NCBI GenBank assembly: GCA_016872535.1
Contig: VGZQ01000003.1
Location: 9,856 to 73,855 of the forward strand
Direction: 5' to 3'
DNA from: Rhodospirillales bacterium
Lineage (GTDB): Bacteria > Pseudomonadota > Alphaproteobacteria > Rhodospirillales > 2-12-FULL-67-15
Length of the DNA stretch: 64,000 bases
Shown here: positions 29,198 through 39,889 of the stretch, piece by piece
Layout: each line of letters opens with the position of its first letter
Position numbering within the stretch: the first letter of the stretch is position 1
Notes under the pieces: model-generated
Database searches by the model: none
Told to the model about the DNA's origin: nothing
What the model saw: the letters and a program-made list of their open reading frames with translations, nothing else
Translations under genes and position numbers: made by a program

Positions 29198-30274
29198 ATG
29201 TGGCCCGACCGGCGATTGACCGAACTGTTCGGAATCGAGCATCCGCTGATCCAGGCGCCGATGGCGGGCGCCATGGACGGCGCGCTCGCGGCCGAGGTTT
29301 CGGCGGCGGGCGGCCTCGGTTCGTTGCCGTGCGCGATGCTGAACGCGGCGCAAATCCGCGCCGAGGTCGATAGGATCCGCCGGCGCACCGATAAACCCTT
29401 CAACCTCAATTTCTTCTGTCACACACCGCCCGAATTGAACAACGCGGGCGAGGCGGCCTGGCGCGACCGGCTCGCGCCTTACTACCGCGAATACGGGCTC
29501 GATCCGGCGGCGCCGGTGGCGGCAAGCCTGCGCCTGCCGTTCGACGCTGCGATGTGCGAGCTGGTGGAAGAATTAAAACCGCGCGTGGCGAGCTTCCATT
29601 TCGGCCTGCCGTCGCCCGAGTTGCTCGCGCGCGTCAAGCGCGCCGGTTGCGCGGTGATGAGTTCCGCGACCACGGTCGCGGAAGCGCGCCGGCTGGAAAC
29701 ACGCGGGGTCGACGCGATCATCGCGCAAGGAGCGGAAGCCGGCGGCCATCGCGGCATGTTCCTCGACATGGATATCGCCGGCCAGGTCGGCACGTTCGCG
29801 CTGGTGCCGCAGGTCGTCGATGCGGTCAAGGTGCCGGTGATCGCGACCGGCGGCATTTCGGATTCGCGCGGGATTGCGGCGGCGCTGGCCCTCGGCGCGG
29901 CCGGCGTTCAGATCGGCACCGCCTATCTGTTCACGCCGGAAGCGAAAATTTCCACACCGTATCGCGCGGCACTGAAATCCGCGCGCGACGACGCGACCCG
30001 CATTACCAACGTCATGACCGGCCGTCCGGCGCGGGGGATCGTCAATCGGGTGATGCGCGAGGTCGGCCCGATCACCGCCGTCGCGCCCGAATTTCCGCTC
30101 GCGGCGGGTGCCTTGGCGCCGCTCCGGGCCAGGGCGGAAGCGGCGGGTTCGGGCGATTTCTCGCCGTTGTGGTCCGGCCAGGCGGCGGCGCTCGGTCGGG
30201 AAATGCCCGCGGCCGAGCTAACGGCCGCGCTCGCGCGTGAAACGCTCGCCCGTCTCCGCCGCCTCGCGGACTGA
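29198..30274 (+). CDS. Nitronate monooxygenase (NMO / 2-nitropropane dioxygenase family, FMN TIM barrel)
   Basis: Start at ATG 29198 (MWPDRRLTELFGIEHPLIQAPMAG). GAEAGGHRG and ATGGI motifs. Confidence 0.85.
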   Translation: MWPDRRLTELFGIEHPLIQAPMAGAMDGALAAEVSAAGGLGSLPCAMLNAAQIRAEVDRIRRRTDKPFNLNFFCHTPPELNNAGEAAWRDRLAPYYREYGLDPAAPVAASLRLPFDAAMCELVEELKPRVASFHFGLPSPELLARVKRAGCAVMSSATTVAEARRLETRGVDAIIAQGAEAGGHRGMFLDMDIAGQVGTFALVPQVVDAVKVPVIATGGISDSRGIAAALALGAAGVQIGTAYLFTPEAKISTPYRAALKSARDDATRITNVMTGRPARGIVNRVMREVGPITAVAPEFPLAAGALAPLRARAEAAGSGDFSPLWSGQAAALGREMPAAELTAALARETLARLRRLAD

Positions 30275-30280
30275 AACGCC

Positions 30281-31108
30281 TCAGTCCGCCGCCAGCGCCG
30301 CGAACTCCTCGACCGTGAGCGTTTCCGCGCGCCGGGTGCCGTCGATGCCCCGGGCCTCGGGGTCGAGGCCGATCCGTTTCAGGGACTGGCGCAGCATCTT
30401 GCGCCGTTGGCCGAACGCGGCGGCGACGGTTCGTTCCATCGCCTCCCACGGCACGTCGGCGCCGCGCGGCCGGGGTCGCGGGTCGAGGTTGACGACGGTC
30501 GAGACGACCTTGGGCGGCGGCACGAAAGCCTTCGGCGAAACGTCGAATTCGCGCTCGACTTCGCACAGCCATCGGGTCATCACGGAAAGCCGCCCGTAGG
30601 CTTTCGTGCCGGGTTCGGCGAGCAAGCGTTCGGCGACCTCCCTTTGGAACATCAACGTCAGGCGCGCGTACGCATGCGCATCCTCGCGAATGTGGCGGAG
30701 CCAGCCGATCAGGAGCGGCGTCGCGACATTGTAGGGCAGGTTGGCGACGATGCGTCGGGGCGCGGGAACGAGGGCGCGCGGGTCGACGGCGAGGGCGTCC
30801 GCCTCCACCACGCTCAGCCTTCCCGGGTGGGCGGTTTCCAGTTCGGCGAGCGCGGCGACGCAGCGAGAATCTTTTTCCACCGCCGTCACCTCCGCTCCGG
30901 CTTCGAGCAGCGCGCGGGTCAACCCGCCCGGGCCGGGGCCGATTTCGACAACGCGCTCGCCCCGGACGACGGTTGCCGCGCGGACGATGCGCGCGCACAA
31001 GTTGGCGTCGAGCAGGAAATGCTGGCCGAGCGCGCGCCGGGCGCCGAGGTCGAAACGGCGAATCACATCGCGGAGCGGCGGCAGGACTTCCGACGGCGCT
31101 TCGCTCAT
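30281..31108 (-). CDS. rsmA: 16S rRNA (adenine1518/1519-N6)-dimethyltransferase
   Basis: 275 aa from ATG 31108. LGQHFLLD, VVEIGPGPGGLT, NLPYNV. ATGA overlap with the pdxA stop. Confidence 0.9.
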   Translation of the reverse strand: MSEAPSEVLPPLRDVIRRFDLGARRALGQHFLLDANLCARIVRAATVVRGERVVEIGPGPGGLTRALLEAGAEVTAVEKDSRCVAALAELETAHPGRLSVVEADALAVDPRALVPAPRRIVANLPYNVATPLLIGWLRHIREDAHAYARLTLMFQREVAERLLAEPGTKAYGRLSVMTRWLCEVEREFDVSPKAFVPPPKVVSTVVNLDPRPRPRGADVPWEAMERTVAAAFGQRRKMLRQSLKRIGLDPEARGIDGTRRAETLTVEEFAALAAD

Positions 31109-32220
31109 ATCCCGTCGCCGGTGAAGGCGGCGGCGCCGGCGCCCGAGGTCATGTCGACCCGCGCGCGCATCGCCGCCATGCGCGCGGCCATGCGCAGCGC
31201 GGCGATCAGGCTCGCGGGCCGCGCCGTGCCCCGGCCCGCGATGTCGAACGCGGTGCCGTGGTCGGGCGATGTGCGCACGAACGGCAATCCCAGCGTCAGG
31301 TTGACCGCTTCGTCGAAGGCGATGGTCTTGATCGGGATCAGCGCCTGATCGTGATACATGCAAATGGCGGCGTCGTATGATTCGCGCGCGGCGGGGGCGA
31401 ACATGGTGTCCGGCGGCCACGGCCCGGACACGTCGATGCCGCGTTCCGTCAGCCGCTCGATCGCGGGGCGGATGACGGTTTCCTCCTCGGTGCCCAAGCG
31501 GGACCCTTCCCCGGCGTGGGGATTGAGGCCGGCGACGGCCAATCGCGGCGCGCGGATGCCGAAGTCGCGGGCCAGCGCCTTGGCGGTGATCGCGGATTTG
31601 GCGACGATGGCTTCCGTGGTCAGGCTGCGGATCGATTCGATCAGGCTGACGTGAATCGTCACCGGCACGACGCGGAGCGCGTCGCATGCCAGCATCATCA
31701 CCGGCGGCGTCGCGACTTTCGCCAGCGCCGCCAGGAATTCGGTGTGCCCGGCGTGAGCGAACCCACCCCGGTAGAGCGACGCTTTATGGATCGGATTGGT
31801 GACGACGGCGGCCGCGCGCCCGGCCTGAACCAGTTCGACCGCGCGTTCGATCGAGCGAAGCACCGCGCGGCCGTTGGCCGGATCGGGTCGGCCCGGCTCG
31901 ACCGCCTTAGGCAGCGGTTCGGGCAAAACGGGGAGCGCCGAGCGAAACGCGCCACGCGCGTCCTCGGGACCGGCGATCGCCTTGATCGGAACGGCAAGAG
32001 CGAGGCGCCGCGCGAGCGCCGCCAGCCGATCGGGGTCGTCGATCAGGAAAAACGGCGGCAGGCGCTCGGGATCGCGCGCGAACCAAGCCTTGAGGGCGAT
32101 TTCGCCGCCGATGCCGGCGGGCTCGCCCATGGTGAGCGCGAGCGGCGCGCCGCCCGCGGACGCCGGTCCGACGGTCGTCGAGGCCCTCACATTCGACGGC
32201 GTTGCCGAAGCGGGGGGCAT
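31105..32220 (-). CDS. pdxA: 4-hydroxythreonine-4-phosphate dehydrogenase
   Basis: 371-aa ORF. LALTMGEPAGIGGEI, GHTEFLA, NPHAGE, RTSPDHGTAFD. The N-terminus may be shorter than the ORF. Confidence 0.9.
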   Translation of the reverse strand: MPPASATPSNVRASTTVGPASAGGAPLALTMGEPAGIGGEIALKAWFARDPERLPPFFLIDDPDRLAALARRLALAVPIKAIAGPEDARGAFRSALPVLPEPLPKAVEPGRPDPANGRAVLRSIERAVELVQAGRAAAVVTNPIHKASLYRGGFAHAGHTEFLAALAKVATPPVMMLACDALRVVPVTIHVSLIESIRSLTTEAIVAKSAITAKALARDFGIRAPRLAVAGLNPHAGEGSRLGTEEETVIRPAIERLTERGIDVSGPWPPDTMFAPAARESYDAAICMYHDQALIPIKTIAFDEAVNLTLGLPFVRTSPDHGTAFDIAGRGTARPASLIAALRMAARMAAMRARVDMTSGAGAAAFTGDGI

Positions 32221-32221
32221 G

Positions 32222-33529
32222 TCAGACCCGCACGTCGATGAAAGCGGAGCGACGCAGATCGCGCAGGTATTGGCGCGCGCCGAGCTGGAGGCGCTCCTCG
32301 ATCAGCATGTTCATCACCCGATCGCGCTGTTCGGCGGCGGCAGAGGGTATTTCACGCTTGCAAACCATCATAACGATGAAGGCGTCCTTGGCTTGCAGGG
32401 CTTGGCTGGGGGTATTGACGGGAAGATTTTCGACCAACGCGCGGGTCTCCGGCGGCAACGAACTCAACTTGACCGTGCCGAGACTGCCGGACATGGGTGA
32501 GCCGGAAGCCTTGGCGGCGCGCTCCATGTCGGCGCAGGACTTGGCATCGCCGACGAGGGATTCGGCCTGGGCGAGCTGGACCCGGATTTGTGCCGGTGTC
32601 GGGTTGGGCGGCAGCGGTACCAAAACTTGGTGCAGAGTGAGCATGGGCTCGGCCTCGGGCAGGGCCGACCCGGCGCGGCGCTCGCGCAGCAACAAGATGT
32701 AGTAGCCGTTTTCGCCGCGCACCGGCGGCGTGATTTGCCCGGGCTGCAGTTGGGCAAGCGCCTGGTCGGCCGCCTGCTCAAGCTGTCCGGCCGAGACCCA
32801 ACCGAGATCGCCGCCTTGGGCCGCCGAAGGACTGTGGGAAAAATTCTGGGCGATGGCGCGAAACGGCACGCCGCCCCGGATCTGGTCGATCAGCCGGGCG
32901 GCCAACGCCGCCGCTTCCCGCTCCTTGGCCGGATCGTCGGCGGCAATGAAGATCTCGGCGGCGAGACTCTGCGGCTTGCCGGCGTTGGCGCGGATACGGG
33001 CCAGATGCTCGTCGATTTCCTCGTCGCTGATGCGGATGCCGCGACGGTAGCGCCGATTGACGATTTGGCGCCACAGAACGTCGGACTCGATCCGATCGGT
33101 CAGGGTATCGATGGCAATCCCAACCCTGTTCAGATAATCCTTCATGCCGCCGGGCGGCATGTTGGCTTGCGATTCCATGCGCGCCAGAATGCTTTCGATT
33201 TCCCCTTTTTCGGCTTTGATCCCGATACGCTTGGCTTCTTGGATTTTCAGGCGCTCGTCGATCAGCGATTGGATCGCATCCGGTATCAAGCGACGGCGAG
33301 TCTCGGCCGTGTCGGGAAGGCCGGCGGTCAACATGGTGAAGCGGAGACGGTGCTCGAGATCGAGGCGGGAAATCGGTTCGTCGTTGACGACAGCGGCAAT
33401 CCCCTCGACCGTTGTGCGCGCCTGGAGCGGCTGGACAATTCCTTGCTGGGCCCCGGCCGGCCAAGCGGCGGCCGTGGCGCCGGTCGCGATCATTAAAAAG
33501 ACAAGAGCAGTTCGCGAAATCATCATCAC
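32222..33529 (-). CDS. surA: Periplasmic chaperone / peptidyl-prolyl isomerase SurA family
   Basis: 435-aa ORF with signal peptide, SurA_N-like domain and a parvulin domain (GGDLGWV). Confidence 0.85.
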   Translation of the reverse strand: MMMISRTALVFLMIATGATAAAWPAGAQQGIVQPLQARTTVEGIAAVVNDEPISRLDLEHRLRFTMLTAGLPDTAETRRRLIPDAIQSLIDERLKIQEAKRIGIKAEKGEIESILARMESQANMPPGGMKDYLNRVGIAIDTLTDRIESDVLWRQIVNRRYRRGIRISDEEIDEHLARIRANAGKPQSLAAEIFIAADDPAKEREAAALAARLIDQIRGGVPFRAIAQNFSHSPSAAQGGDLGWVSAGQLEQAADQALAQLQPGQITPPVRGENGYYILLLRERRAGSALPEAEPMLTLHQVLVPLPPNPTPAQIRVQLAQAESLVGDAKSCADMERAAKASGSPMSGSLGTVKLSSLPPETRALVENLPVNTPSQALQAKDAFIVMMVCKREIPSAAAEQRDRVMNMLIEERLQLGARQYLRDLRRSAFIDVRV

Positions 33530-33570
33530 AAATAATAATCCCGCCGCCGGCGCTTTGCCACCGCCGCCGA

Positions 33571-35715
33571 TCAGGGCGCGACGGAGGTTCCGATTTCGCC
33601 GAGGGTCTTGAAGGTCAGGCGGAAGGTGATCGAATCGTCGGTTTTGAGGTCGCGGTCATAGAAGAACGAGCGCCGCGCGTCGGCGGAAAAGATGAAACAC
33701 TCGTCCTCGTACGTGGCGTTAAACGCCAGGGCCCGCAAATCGTCGGTTTCGAGATCCTGAAGCGATGCGAAACCGAAGCGCCAGTTCCGCGAAATTTGCG
33801 ATCTGAGGGAAAGGCTCAGCTGTTCCAGGGTCGGAAGGCCGCTGTTGGCGGCTCTCTCGGCCGAGAGATAATTGGCGCTGACGGAAAAAGCCTGCGGGCC
33901 GACGCTGGCGCCGATCTCGCTGCGCGACGGGCTGAAGTTTTCTTTGTCGATCCGAGTCCGGTAATCGAAGGTTATGTGTTTCAGGGGGCGCACATTGATC
34001 CTTCCGACGAAATCCGACAGGTGGTCCTCGAGACCGGTGCCCGAAGCAAAAGTGCTGTCGTCGCGGACGCGGACCGACTGGCCGAACAGCACCGACGTGC
34101 TGCCGCCGCGATCGCCGAACACCCCCCAACGCAGGCCGTAGTTGAACCGCGGGCCGGTTTCGACCCGGTCGAGGCCGGCGAAACGCCGTCCGGTGAACAG
34201 GTTGGTTTCGTCGAACTCGACTTCGCGGCTGTCCTCGTTCGGGATTTTCGCGAGATTGCCGCCGTAGGGGCTAACCACAAGGGAAGTGATCGGCTCGAAA
34301 ACCTCGCTGACGCCCTCATGACGGCGCACAAAGGGGTAGCGCCACTCGAACGCCGCTTCCGGATAAAAGCGTCCCGTGGCTCCGGTGAACGTGTTGCTGC
34401 GCCCGGCGATCACGTGGTCGTCGACATGGTAGAGATCGCCCCGCAACGTGAACGACAACTTGTAGATGTCGCCGGCGGGTCCGACATAGGGGAGATCCCA
34501 TCCGGGGGCGACGGACAGGCGCCGGACGTCGGTTCCCTCGCTGCGGGTGAAGGCGAGCAGGTTGGCGTCCATTCGGGTGCGGCCGCCGCCCGCGCCCGGT
34601 TCGCCGAGGTGGGAATAATCGATCGAAGGCAGGACCAGGGGCGCTTGACCGGGTTTGTCCTCCGCGCGCAGTCCCTGGAAAGCATAAGCGTTGGCGACCG
34701 CATAATTACGCCCGCGGAAGCCTTCGGCGTATGCCCGTGAGATCAAGGTCGGCGGTGTCGTGTAGCGGTATTGGCGGGTATAGGTGTCGTCGGTCGAGCG
34801 TTGGGCGTCCAGGCCCCATCGCCAGGTGTCGTTAACATTGAATCGGCCCTTCATGTCGATGTGGCCGCGCAGGTCGCTGTCGCCGTCGACCGCGCCGCTG
34901 AATTTGCCTTTGATTTCGCTGTTATGGCCGATGAAACGGTGCTCGGCGCCGACCCCGACGTTTTGCTTGGTGGAAAACAAGGGGGTAAGGGTCAGGTCGT
35001 GATTGGGCGCGATATCCCAGAAAAACGGCGTCTGCACCATGGCGCCGAAGAAATTGGAGCCACCGTAATGGGGCGCGAGGAATCCGGTGCGGCGCTTCAC
35101 GGTCGGGTCGGGGTGGGAGAAGTAGGGCGTATAGGCGACGGGTACGCCGTACATTTCCATCCAGGCGTCCTTGTATTCAACCGTTTGACGGTCGGCGTCG
35201 TGGATTACACGCACGGCTTTCACCTGCCAGAGCAGGGGGCGCGACGGGTTGGTCTTGCACGGCTCGCACGGGCTGTAGACCGCCCGATCGAAGTCGTGGC
35301 GCGTGCCGTCCGAGCGGCGGGCCGAGGCGGCGGCCACGCGCGAGCGGTCGGCGAGCAGCAGGCGCAGGCTTTGCATGGTGCCTTCGCGCATGTCGCCGGT
35401 CAGCTCGACGTAATCGGCGAAGATGACCTCGCCGGTCGATTCGTGAAGACGGACGTTGCCGCTGGCGCTGATCAGGTCCTGGCGTTGGTTGTAGGTGACG
35501 GTGTCGGCGTAAAGGGTGCGTGGGCCGTGGACGATCTCGACGTTGCCGCTGGCGGTGACGACGCCGAGGTCGCGGTTATGGATGACCTCGTCGGCGGTGA
35601 GGTTGGCCGGCACGGCGGTGTCGGGGCGCGGCTGCCCGGCGGCGGGCGCGGCGGCGAACAGGAGCGCGGCCAGCACGAGCGCTTCGGTCGTGCGCGAGCG
35701 GAGGTAGGCGCGCAT
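33571..35715 (-). CDS. lptD: LPS-assembly outer membrane protein LptD
   Basis: 714 aa from ATG 35715 (MRAYLRSRTTEALVLAALLFAAAPAAGQ signal peptide), with OstA-N and LptD C-domain-like sequence. The track ORF start at 36186 is an out-of-frame extension over lptG. Confidence 0.9.
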   Translation of the reverse strand: MRAYLRSRTTEALVLAALLFAAAPAAGQPRPDTAVPANLTADEVIHNRDLGVVTASGNVEIVHGPRTLYADTVTYNQRQDLISASGNVRLHESTGEVIFADYVELTGDMREGTMQSLRLLLADRSRVAAASARRSDGTRHDFDRAVYSPCEPCKTNPSRPLLWQVKAVRVIHDADRQTVEYKDAWMEMYGVPVAYTPYFSHPDPTVKRRTGFLAPHYGGSNFFGAMVQTPFFWDIAPNHDLTLTPLFSTKQNVGVGAEHRFIGHNSEIKGKFSGAVDGDSDLRGHIDMKGRFNVNDTWRWGLDAQRSTDDTYTRQYRYTTPPTLISRAYAEGFRGRNYAVANAYAFQGLRAEDKPGQAPLVLPSIDYSHLGEPGAGGGRTRMDANLLAFTRSEGTDVRRLSVAPGWDLPYVGPAGDIYKLSFTLRGDLYHVDDHVIAGRSNTFTGATGRFYPEAAFEWRYPFVRRHEGVSEVFEPITSLVVSPYGGNLAKIPNEDSREVEFDETNLFTGRRFAGLDRVETGPRFNYGLRWGVFGDRGGSTSVLFGQSVRVRDDSTFASGTGLEDHLSDFVGRINVRPLKHITFDYRTRIDKENFSPSRSEIGASVGPQAFSVSANYLSAERAANSGLPTLEQLSLSLRSQISRNWRFGFASLQDLETDDLRALAFNATYEDECFIFSADARRSFFYDRDLKTDDSITFRLTFKTLGEIGTSVAP

Positions 35716-35717
35716 GG

Positions 35718-36818
35718 TCAGCCGTCCTCCAAGTGAAGCAGAAGCGCGGCGCCGATCAGGCCCGCGACCCCCGACGGCGACCAGGCGGCGAGCATCACCG
35801 GCACACCGCTCGACAAACCGAGGGCCAGCGAAATATCGGAAAAGAAATAAACCAGAAAGCCGGTCAGCACGCCGAGGCCAACAATCGCCGTGGTTCCCCC
35901 TTGTCGGACGTGTCGCAGCGTGAACGTCGCCGCGAGCAGCACCATCGCCATCATCAGGAACGGAGCGGCGAGAAGGCTTTGCAGGTGCAGGCGATGGCGA
36001 AGCGCCGAGAAGCCGGCGGCCCTGAGCGAGTCGATGAACTGGGGCAGATCCCAAAACGACATGGTTTCGGGCGGAGCGAAGCTGTCTTGAATGCGTTCGA
36101 GCGTCAGGTCGGTGGCCAGGCGATAGGACGGCGTGAAGGCCGGAGGCTCCCCCGGGCGATGCACCCAGGCATCGCGCAGGGTCCAATGGCCGAGACCGAG
36201 GACCGCATTATCCGCGTCAATTCGCCCGGCGAACCGGTCGGTGCCCTGATGAAGGAAAGCGATCACGGATTTGAGTTCTACTCGCTCGCCGGCGACCGAA
36301 ATGCCGGTCGAGCGGATCACCACTTGGCCCGTGTCCCCGCCTTGACGCAGCCATACCCCTCCGCCGCTGAGCGTCAAGGCACTGGCGCCGGATTTCAACA
36401 GTTCGGTGTCCATCCGTTCGTACCGCGCCAACAGGATCGCCGAGAAGGGGTTGATCGCGCCGATGCGAAACGCCCCGATCAGCAGCGTGACCACCAGCAC
36501 CGGCATCAGGAATTGCCATGCGGATACCCCAGCCGAGCGGGTCACGACCAGTTCGTGGCTGCGTGTCATCCGCCAGAAGGTCGCCATGCTGCCGAACAGA
36601 ACGGCGAACGGAAATGTCAGCTGCATGGCGTGCGGAAATTTGAGCGCCGCCATCTCGAAAATGAGCCGCATGCCGACCCCGGGCTTGCCGGCGGCGCGAC
36701 GCATGAGTTCGACGACGTCGAATACGAAAATCAAAAACACGAACAGGCCGAGGACCGCAATGAAATGGAGGGCATAATGGCGGGCGATATAGAGAGACAG
36801 GGTCTGGGAAAAACGCAT
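35718..36818 (-). CDS. lptG: LPS export ABC transporter permease LptG
   Basis: 366-aa YjgP/YjgQ-family permease, immediately upstream (2 nt) of lptD. Confidence 0.85.
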   Translation of the reverse strand: MRFSQTLSLYIARHYALHFIAVLGLFVFLIFVFDVVELMRRAAGKPGVGMRLIFEMAALKFPHAMQLTFPFAVLFGSMATFWRMTRSHELVVTRSAGVSAWQFLMPVLVVTLLIGAFRIGAINPFSAILLARYERMDTELLKSGASALTLSGGGVWLRQGGDTGQVVIRSTGISVAGERVELKSVIAFLHQGTDRFAGRIDADNAVLGLGHWTLRDAWVHRPGEPPAFTPSYRLATDLTLERIQDSFAPPETMSFWDLPQFIDSLRAAGFSALRHRLHLQSLLAAPFLMMAMVLLAATFTLRHVRQGGTTAIVGLGVLTGFLVYFFSDISLALGLSSGVPVMLAAWSPSGVAGLIGAALLLHLEDG

Positions 36819-36826
36819 GGCGGATC

Positions 36827-37939
36827 TCAGGCGGCGGCAACCGCTGCGCGGCGTCGGCGCGGGGTTCGGATCGTGAACCAGTAGCCGAGGACGATCGGTA
36901 TGATGGTGTTGAAGTAGATCAGCGGGGCGAACGAAGGCCGTTTGACCACGTACCCCTCGACCCCCATCGCCGCGGCTTGGGCGGCGATCATGAGGGCGAC
37001 CGCGAGCATCACGCGCTTGGTTTGCGCCCGGCGGCTGAAGGGGCCGGAAATCAGGCAGGCGAGCGCGATCAGTGAAAATCCGAAAGCCGAAAAAGGTTGC
37101 GTCAGGCGCTTATGCCCCTCGACCAGAAAGCGCCCCTTGTCGCGCGGCGAGAGACCGGAGTCGCCCGCCGCGTTGAACAACTCGGGGAGAGTACGTTCGC
37201 GCGGCTCACGGAAACGCGCGTCGGTCGTCCCGCGCGCCGGTTCGATGTCGAACGTGTAGCGGTCGAAATAGAGTACCGACAACTGGTGCGTTTGCGCGTC
37301 CATTTCCTGACGATTGCCGTCGAATAATACGATCCGCGAACCGTCGTCGGCGTTCACCATCGCGCCGCGCGCGGCCATCAAGGTCGAAGGCCTGCCCGGG
37401 CGGCGCTCGTCATGGACCAGGACGCCGTGCAGCTGTTCGTCGGCCGTCCGTTCGCGGACGTAAACCGTGATGCCGGGTCGGACGAGGGTGAACATGCCTT
37501 CGCGCAGCAGGACGTGCGAAAAAGTATGGCGGATGGTCCACTGCAACTCCTTGAACGCCGTGTAGGACCTGGGTAGGACGTCGATGTTGAGCACGAACAA
37601 TACGGTCGCGACGCCGGTGGCGACCATCAGCGCGGGACGCATCAGTTCCTGCTGGCTCATGCCGGCGGCGCGCATCACCACCAACTCGCGATCGGCGATC
37701 ATCTTGCCGTAGACGAAGGCGACGGCGATGAAGAGCGCAACCGGCAGAATGATCGACAGCAGGTTAGGCAGCAGCAGGGCGGTGAGGTACAGGAATCCCC
37801 CTACGCTGAGCCCGCGATTGACGATCATTTCGACGAAGCGGAGCGATTGGGACAGCCACATGACGCAGACGAGCGCAAGCGCGACGAGGACAAGCCCCAT
37901 CGCCAGCTGGTGCAGCACGTAACGCGTCAGGCCGTTCAT
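36827..37939 (-). CDS. lptF: LPS export ABC transporter permease LptF
   Basis: Start at ATG 37939 (MNGLTRYVLHQL...). YjgP/YjgQ family, paired with lptG. Confidence 0.85.
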   Translation of the reverse strand: MNGLTRYVLHQLAMGLVLVALALVCVMWLSQSLRFVEMIVNRGLSVGGFLYLTALLLPNLLSIILPVALFIAVAFVYGKMIADRELVVMRAAGMSQQELMRPALMVATGVATVLFVLNIDVLPRSYTAFKELQWTIRHTFSHVLLREGMFTLVRPGITVYVRERTADEQLHGVLVHDERRPGRPSTLMAARGAMVNADDGSRIVLFDGNRQEMDAQTHQLSVLYFDRYTFDIEPARGTTDARFREPRERTLPELFNAAGDSGLSPRDKGRFLVEGHKRLTQPFSAFGFSLIALACLISGPFSRRAQTKRVMLAVALMIAAQAAAMGVEGYVVKRPSFAPLIYFNTIIPIVLGYWFTIRTPRRRRAAVAAA

Positions 37940-38052
37940 GGTGTGTGCCCGATTCGGGGTTCGCCCAAGGTGGGCGAAGTATGCCGGAAAAGCAAGAAAC
38001 AACGGGCTTTTTGGCAAACGCGGCGTTAACCGAAATCGCCTGTATGCCGAGA

Positions 38053-39858
38053 TCAGATCGCAAAAAGGCCCGTGTCGGCGACGGTGGCGCCACCCTCAAT
38101 CACGATTCGAGCCAAAACCGGGGCCGACACCAGATCTTGTTCGGAAAAAAATCTGGCACACACGATCTTGCTTTGGAGAAATTCCGCGGTGTAAGGCGAT
38201 TCGCCGCCCCGATCGAGCAGCGCCTGGGCGGCGAGCGCCGCGCGGATGGCCAGCCACCCGCCGACCACCGTTCCGAACAGCTTGAGATAGGCCGTCGCGC
38301 CGGCGGCGACATGGGCCGGATTGTCGGGCCATGTCGTGGCGATCCAGCGGGTCGCGCTGTCGAGCGCGGCGACCGCGGCTTCGAAGTGGACGGCGGTCGA
38401 AGCGAAGTCAGATCGAGCGGCGCGCGCCGCCAGTTCCGGGCGGAGCAACGAGAGTTCACCGATCAAACTCAGCGCCGCGCGCGCCCGATCGCGTCCGACT
38501 TTGCGGCCGACGAGATCGAGGGCCTGGATGCCGTTGGTACCTTCGTAGATGGCGGTAATGCGGGCATCGCGCAGGTGCTGCGCCGCGCCGGTTTCCTCGA
38601 TATAGCCCATGCCGCCGTGCACCTGGACGCCGATATCGGCGGCGGCGATGCCGGCATCAGTGCACCAACCCTTAACCACCGGTGTCATCACTTCGACCGT
38701 GGCGTGATGGCGAGCGCGCGCGACGGGGTCGGGATGACGGCGCGAGAGGTCGATCTGGGCGGCAACGAAGAGAGCGAGCAGCCGGCCGACCTCGGCACGG
38801 GATTTCATGAAGAGAAGCATCCGCCGGACGTCGGGGTGGCGCTCGATCGGCTGCGGGGTGTGATCGGGAGAACCCGCCGCGCGGCTTTGCACGCGCTCGC
38901 GCGCATAAGCCCGGGTGCGTTGGTAGGCGCGCTCGGCGCAAGCGACGCCCTGCAGGCCGATCGCCAAGCGCGCGTTGTTCATCATCAGGAACATGTTTTC
39001 GATGCCGCGGTGTTCCTCGCCGACCAGATAACCCTCCGCACCGCCGTTTTCGCCGAAAGCCATGACCGCCGTCGGGCTCGCATGGATGCCGAGTTTATGT
39101 TCAAGTGACAAGGCGCGGAGGTCGTTGCGCGCACCCGGTTTTCCATCGGGGTCGGGGATGAACTTGGGCACCAGGAAGAGCGACAGGCCTTTGATGCCCT
39201 CGGGCGCGCCGGGGGTGCGGGCGAGAACCATGTGGACGATGTTCTCGGCGACGTCGTGATCGCCCCAGGTGATGAAAATTTTCTGTCCGGTAATGCGCCA
39301 TGCCCGGCCATTCGGCACAGCCCGAGTGCGGATGCGCGCCAGGTCGGAGCCGGCCTGCGGTTCGGTAAGCACCATGGTGCCGGTCCATTGGCCGGACACC
39401 AGACGAGGCAGGAACGTCGTTTTGAGTTCGGGGGAACCGTGCGCGCTTAGCACCTCGATCGCGCTTTGAGTGAGCAGCGGGCAGAGCGCAAACGCCATAT
39501 TCGCGGCATTCCAAATTTCTGAAACCGCCGTCGCCACCAGCCACGGCAGATCCTGGCCGCCGAACTCGGCGGGAGACGGCACCGCGTTCCAGCCGCCGGC
39601 GATAAACCGGGCGTAGGCGTCGGCGAACCCCTCGGGCGTACGGACAACCCCGTTCTCAAGACGAGAGCCTTGCCTATCGCCGATCCGGTTGAGTGGCGCG
39701 AGCACGTCGGCGGCGAAGCGCCCGGCTTCGTCGAGAACCTGGGCGACAAGGTCCTCGTTCACCTCCTCGCAGCCGGGCAAAGCCCGCACTTGGGCCAAAT
39801 TCGCCACTTCAGTCATGGCGAACAGCATGTCGGCGGCGGGCGCGGCGTAATCGCTCAT
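38053..39858 (-). CDS. Large acyl-CoA dehydrogenase (about 600 aa, DmdC/AidB-like architecture)
   Basis: 601-aa ORF. ACAD middle-domain motif MVLTEPQAGSD, KIFITWGDHD, and an extended C-terminal domain. Confidence 0.85.
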   Translation of the reverse strand: MSDYAAPAADMLFAMTEVANLAQVRALPGCEEVNEDLVAQVLDEAGRFAADVLAPLNRIGDRQGSRLENGVVRTPEGFADAYARFIAGGWNAVPSPAEFGGQDLPWLVATAVSEIWNAANMAFALCPLLTQSAIEVLSAHGSPELKTTFLPRLVSGQWTGTMVLTEPQAGSDLARIRTRAVPNGRAWRITGQKIFITWGDHDVAENIVHMVLARTPGAPEGIKGLSLFLVPKFIPDPDGKPGARNDLRALSLEHKLGIHASPTAVMAFGENGGAEGYLVGEEHRGIENMFLMMNNARLAIGLQGVACAERAYQRTRAYARERVQSRAAGSPDHTPQPIERHPDVRRMLLFMKSRAEVGRLLALFVAAQIDLSRRHPDPVARARHHATVEVMTPVVKGWCTDAGIAAADIGVQVHGGMGYIEETGAAQHLRDARITAIYEGTNGIQALDLVGRKVGRDRARAALSLIGELSLLRPELAARAARSDFASTAVHFEAAVAALDSATRWIATTWPDNPAHVAAGATAYLKLFGTVVGGWLAIRAALAAQALLDRGGESPYTAEFLQSKIVCARFFSEQDLVSAPVLARIVIEGGATVADTGLFAI

Positions 39859-39889
39859 GGTCGCAGTATGGGGGCGCCGTCGCGCGCGT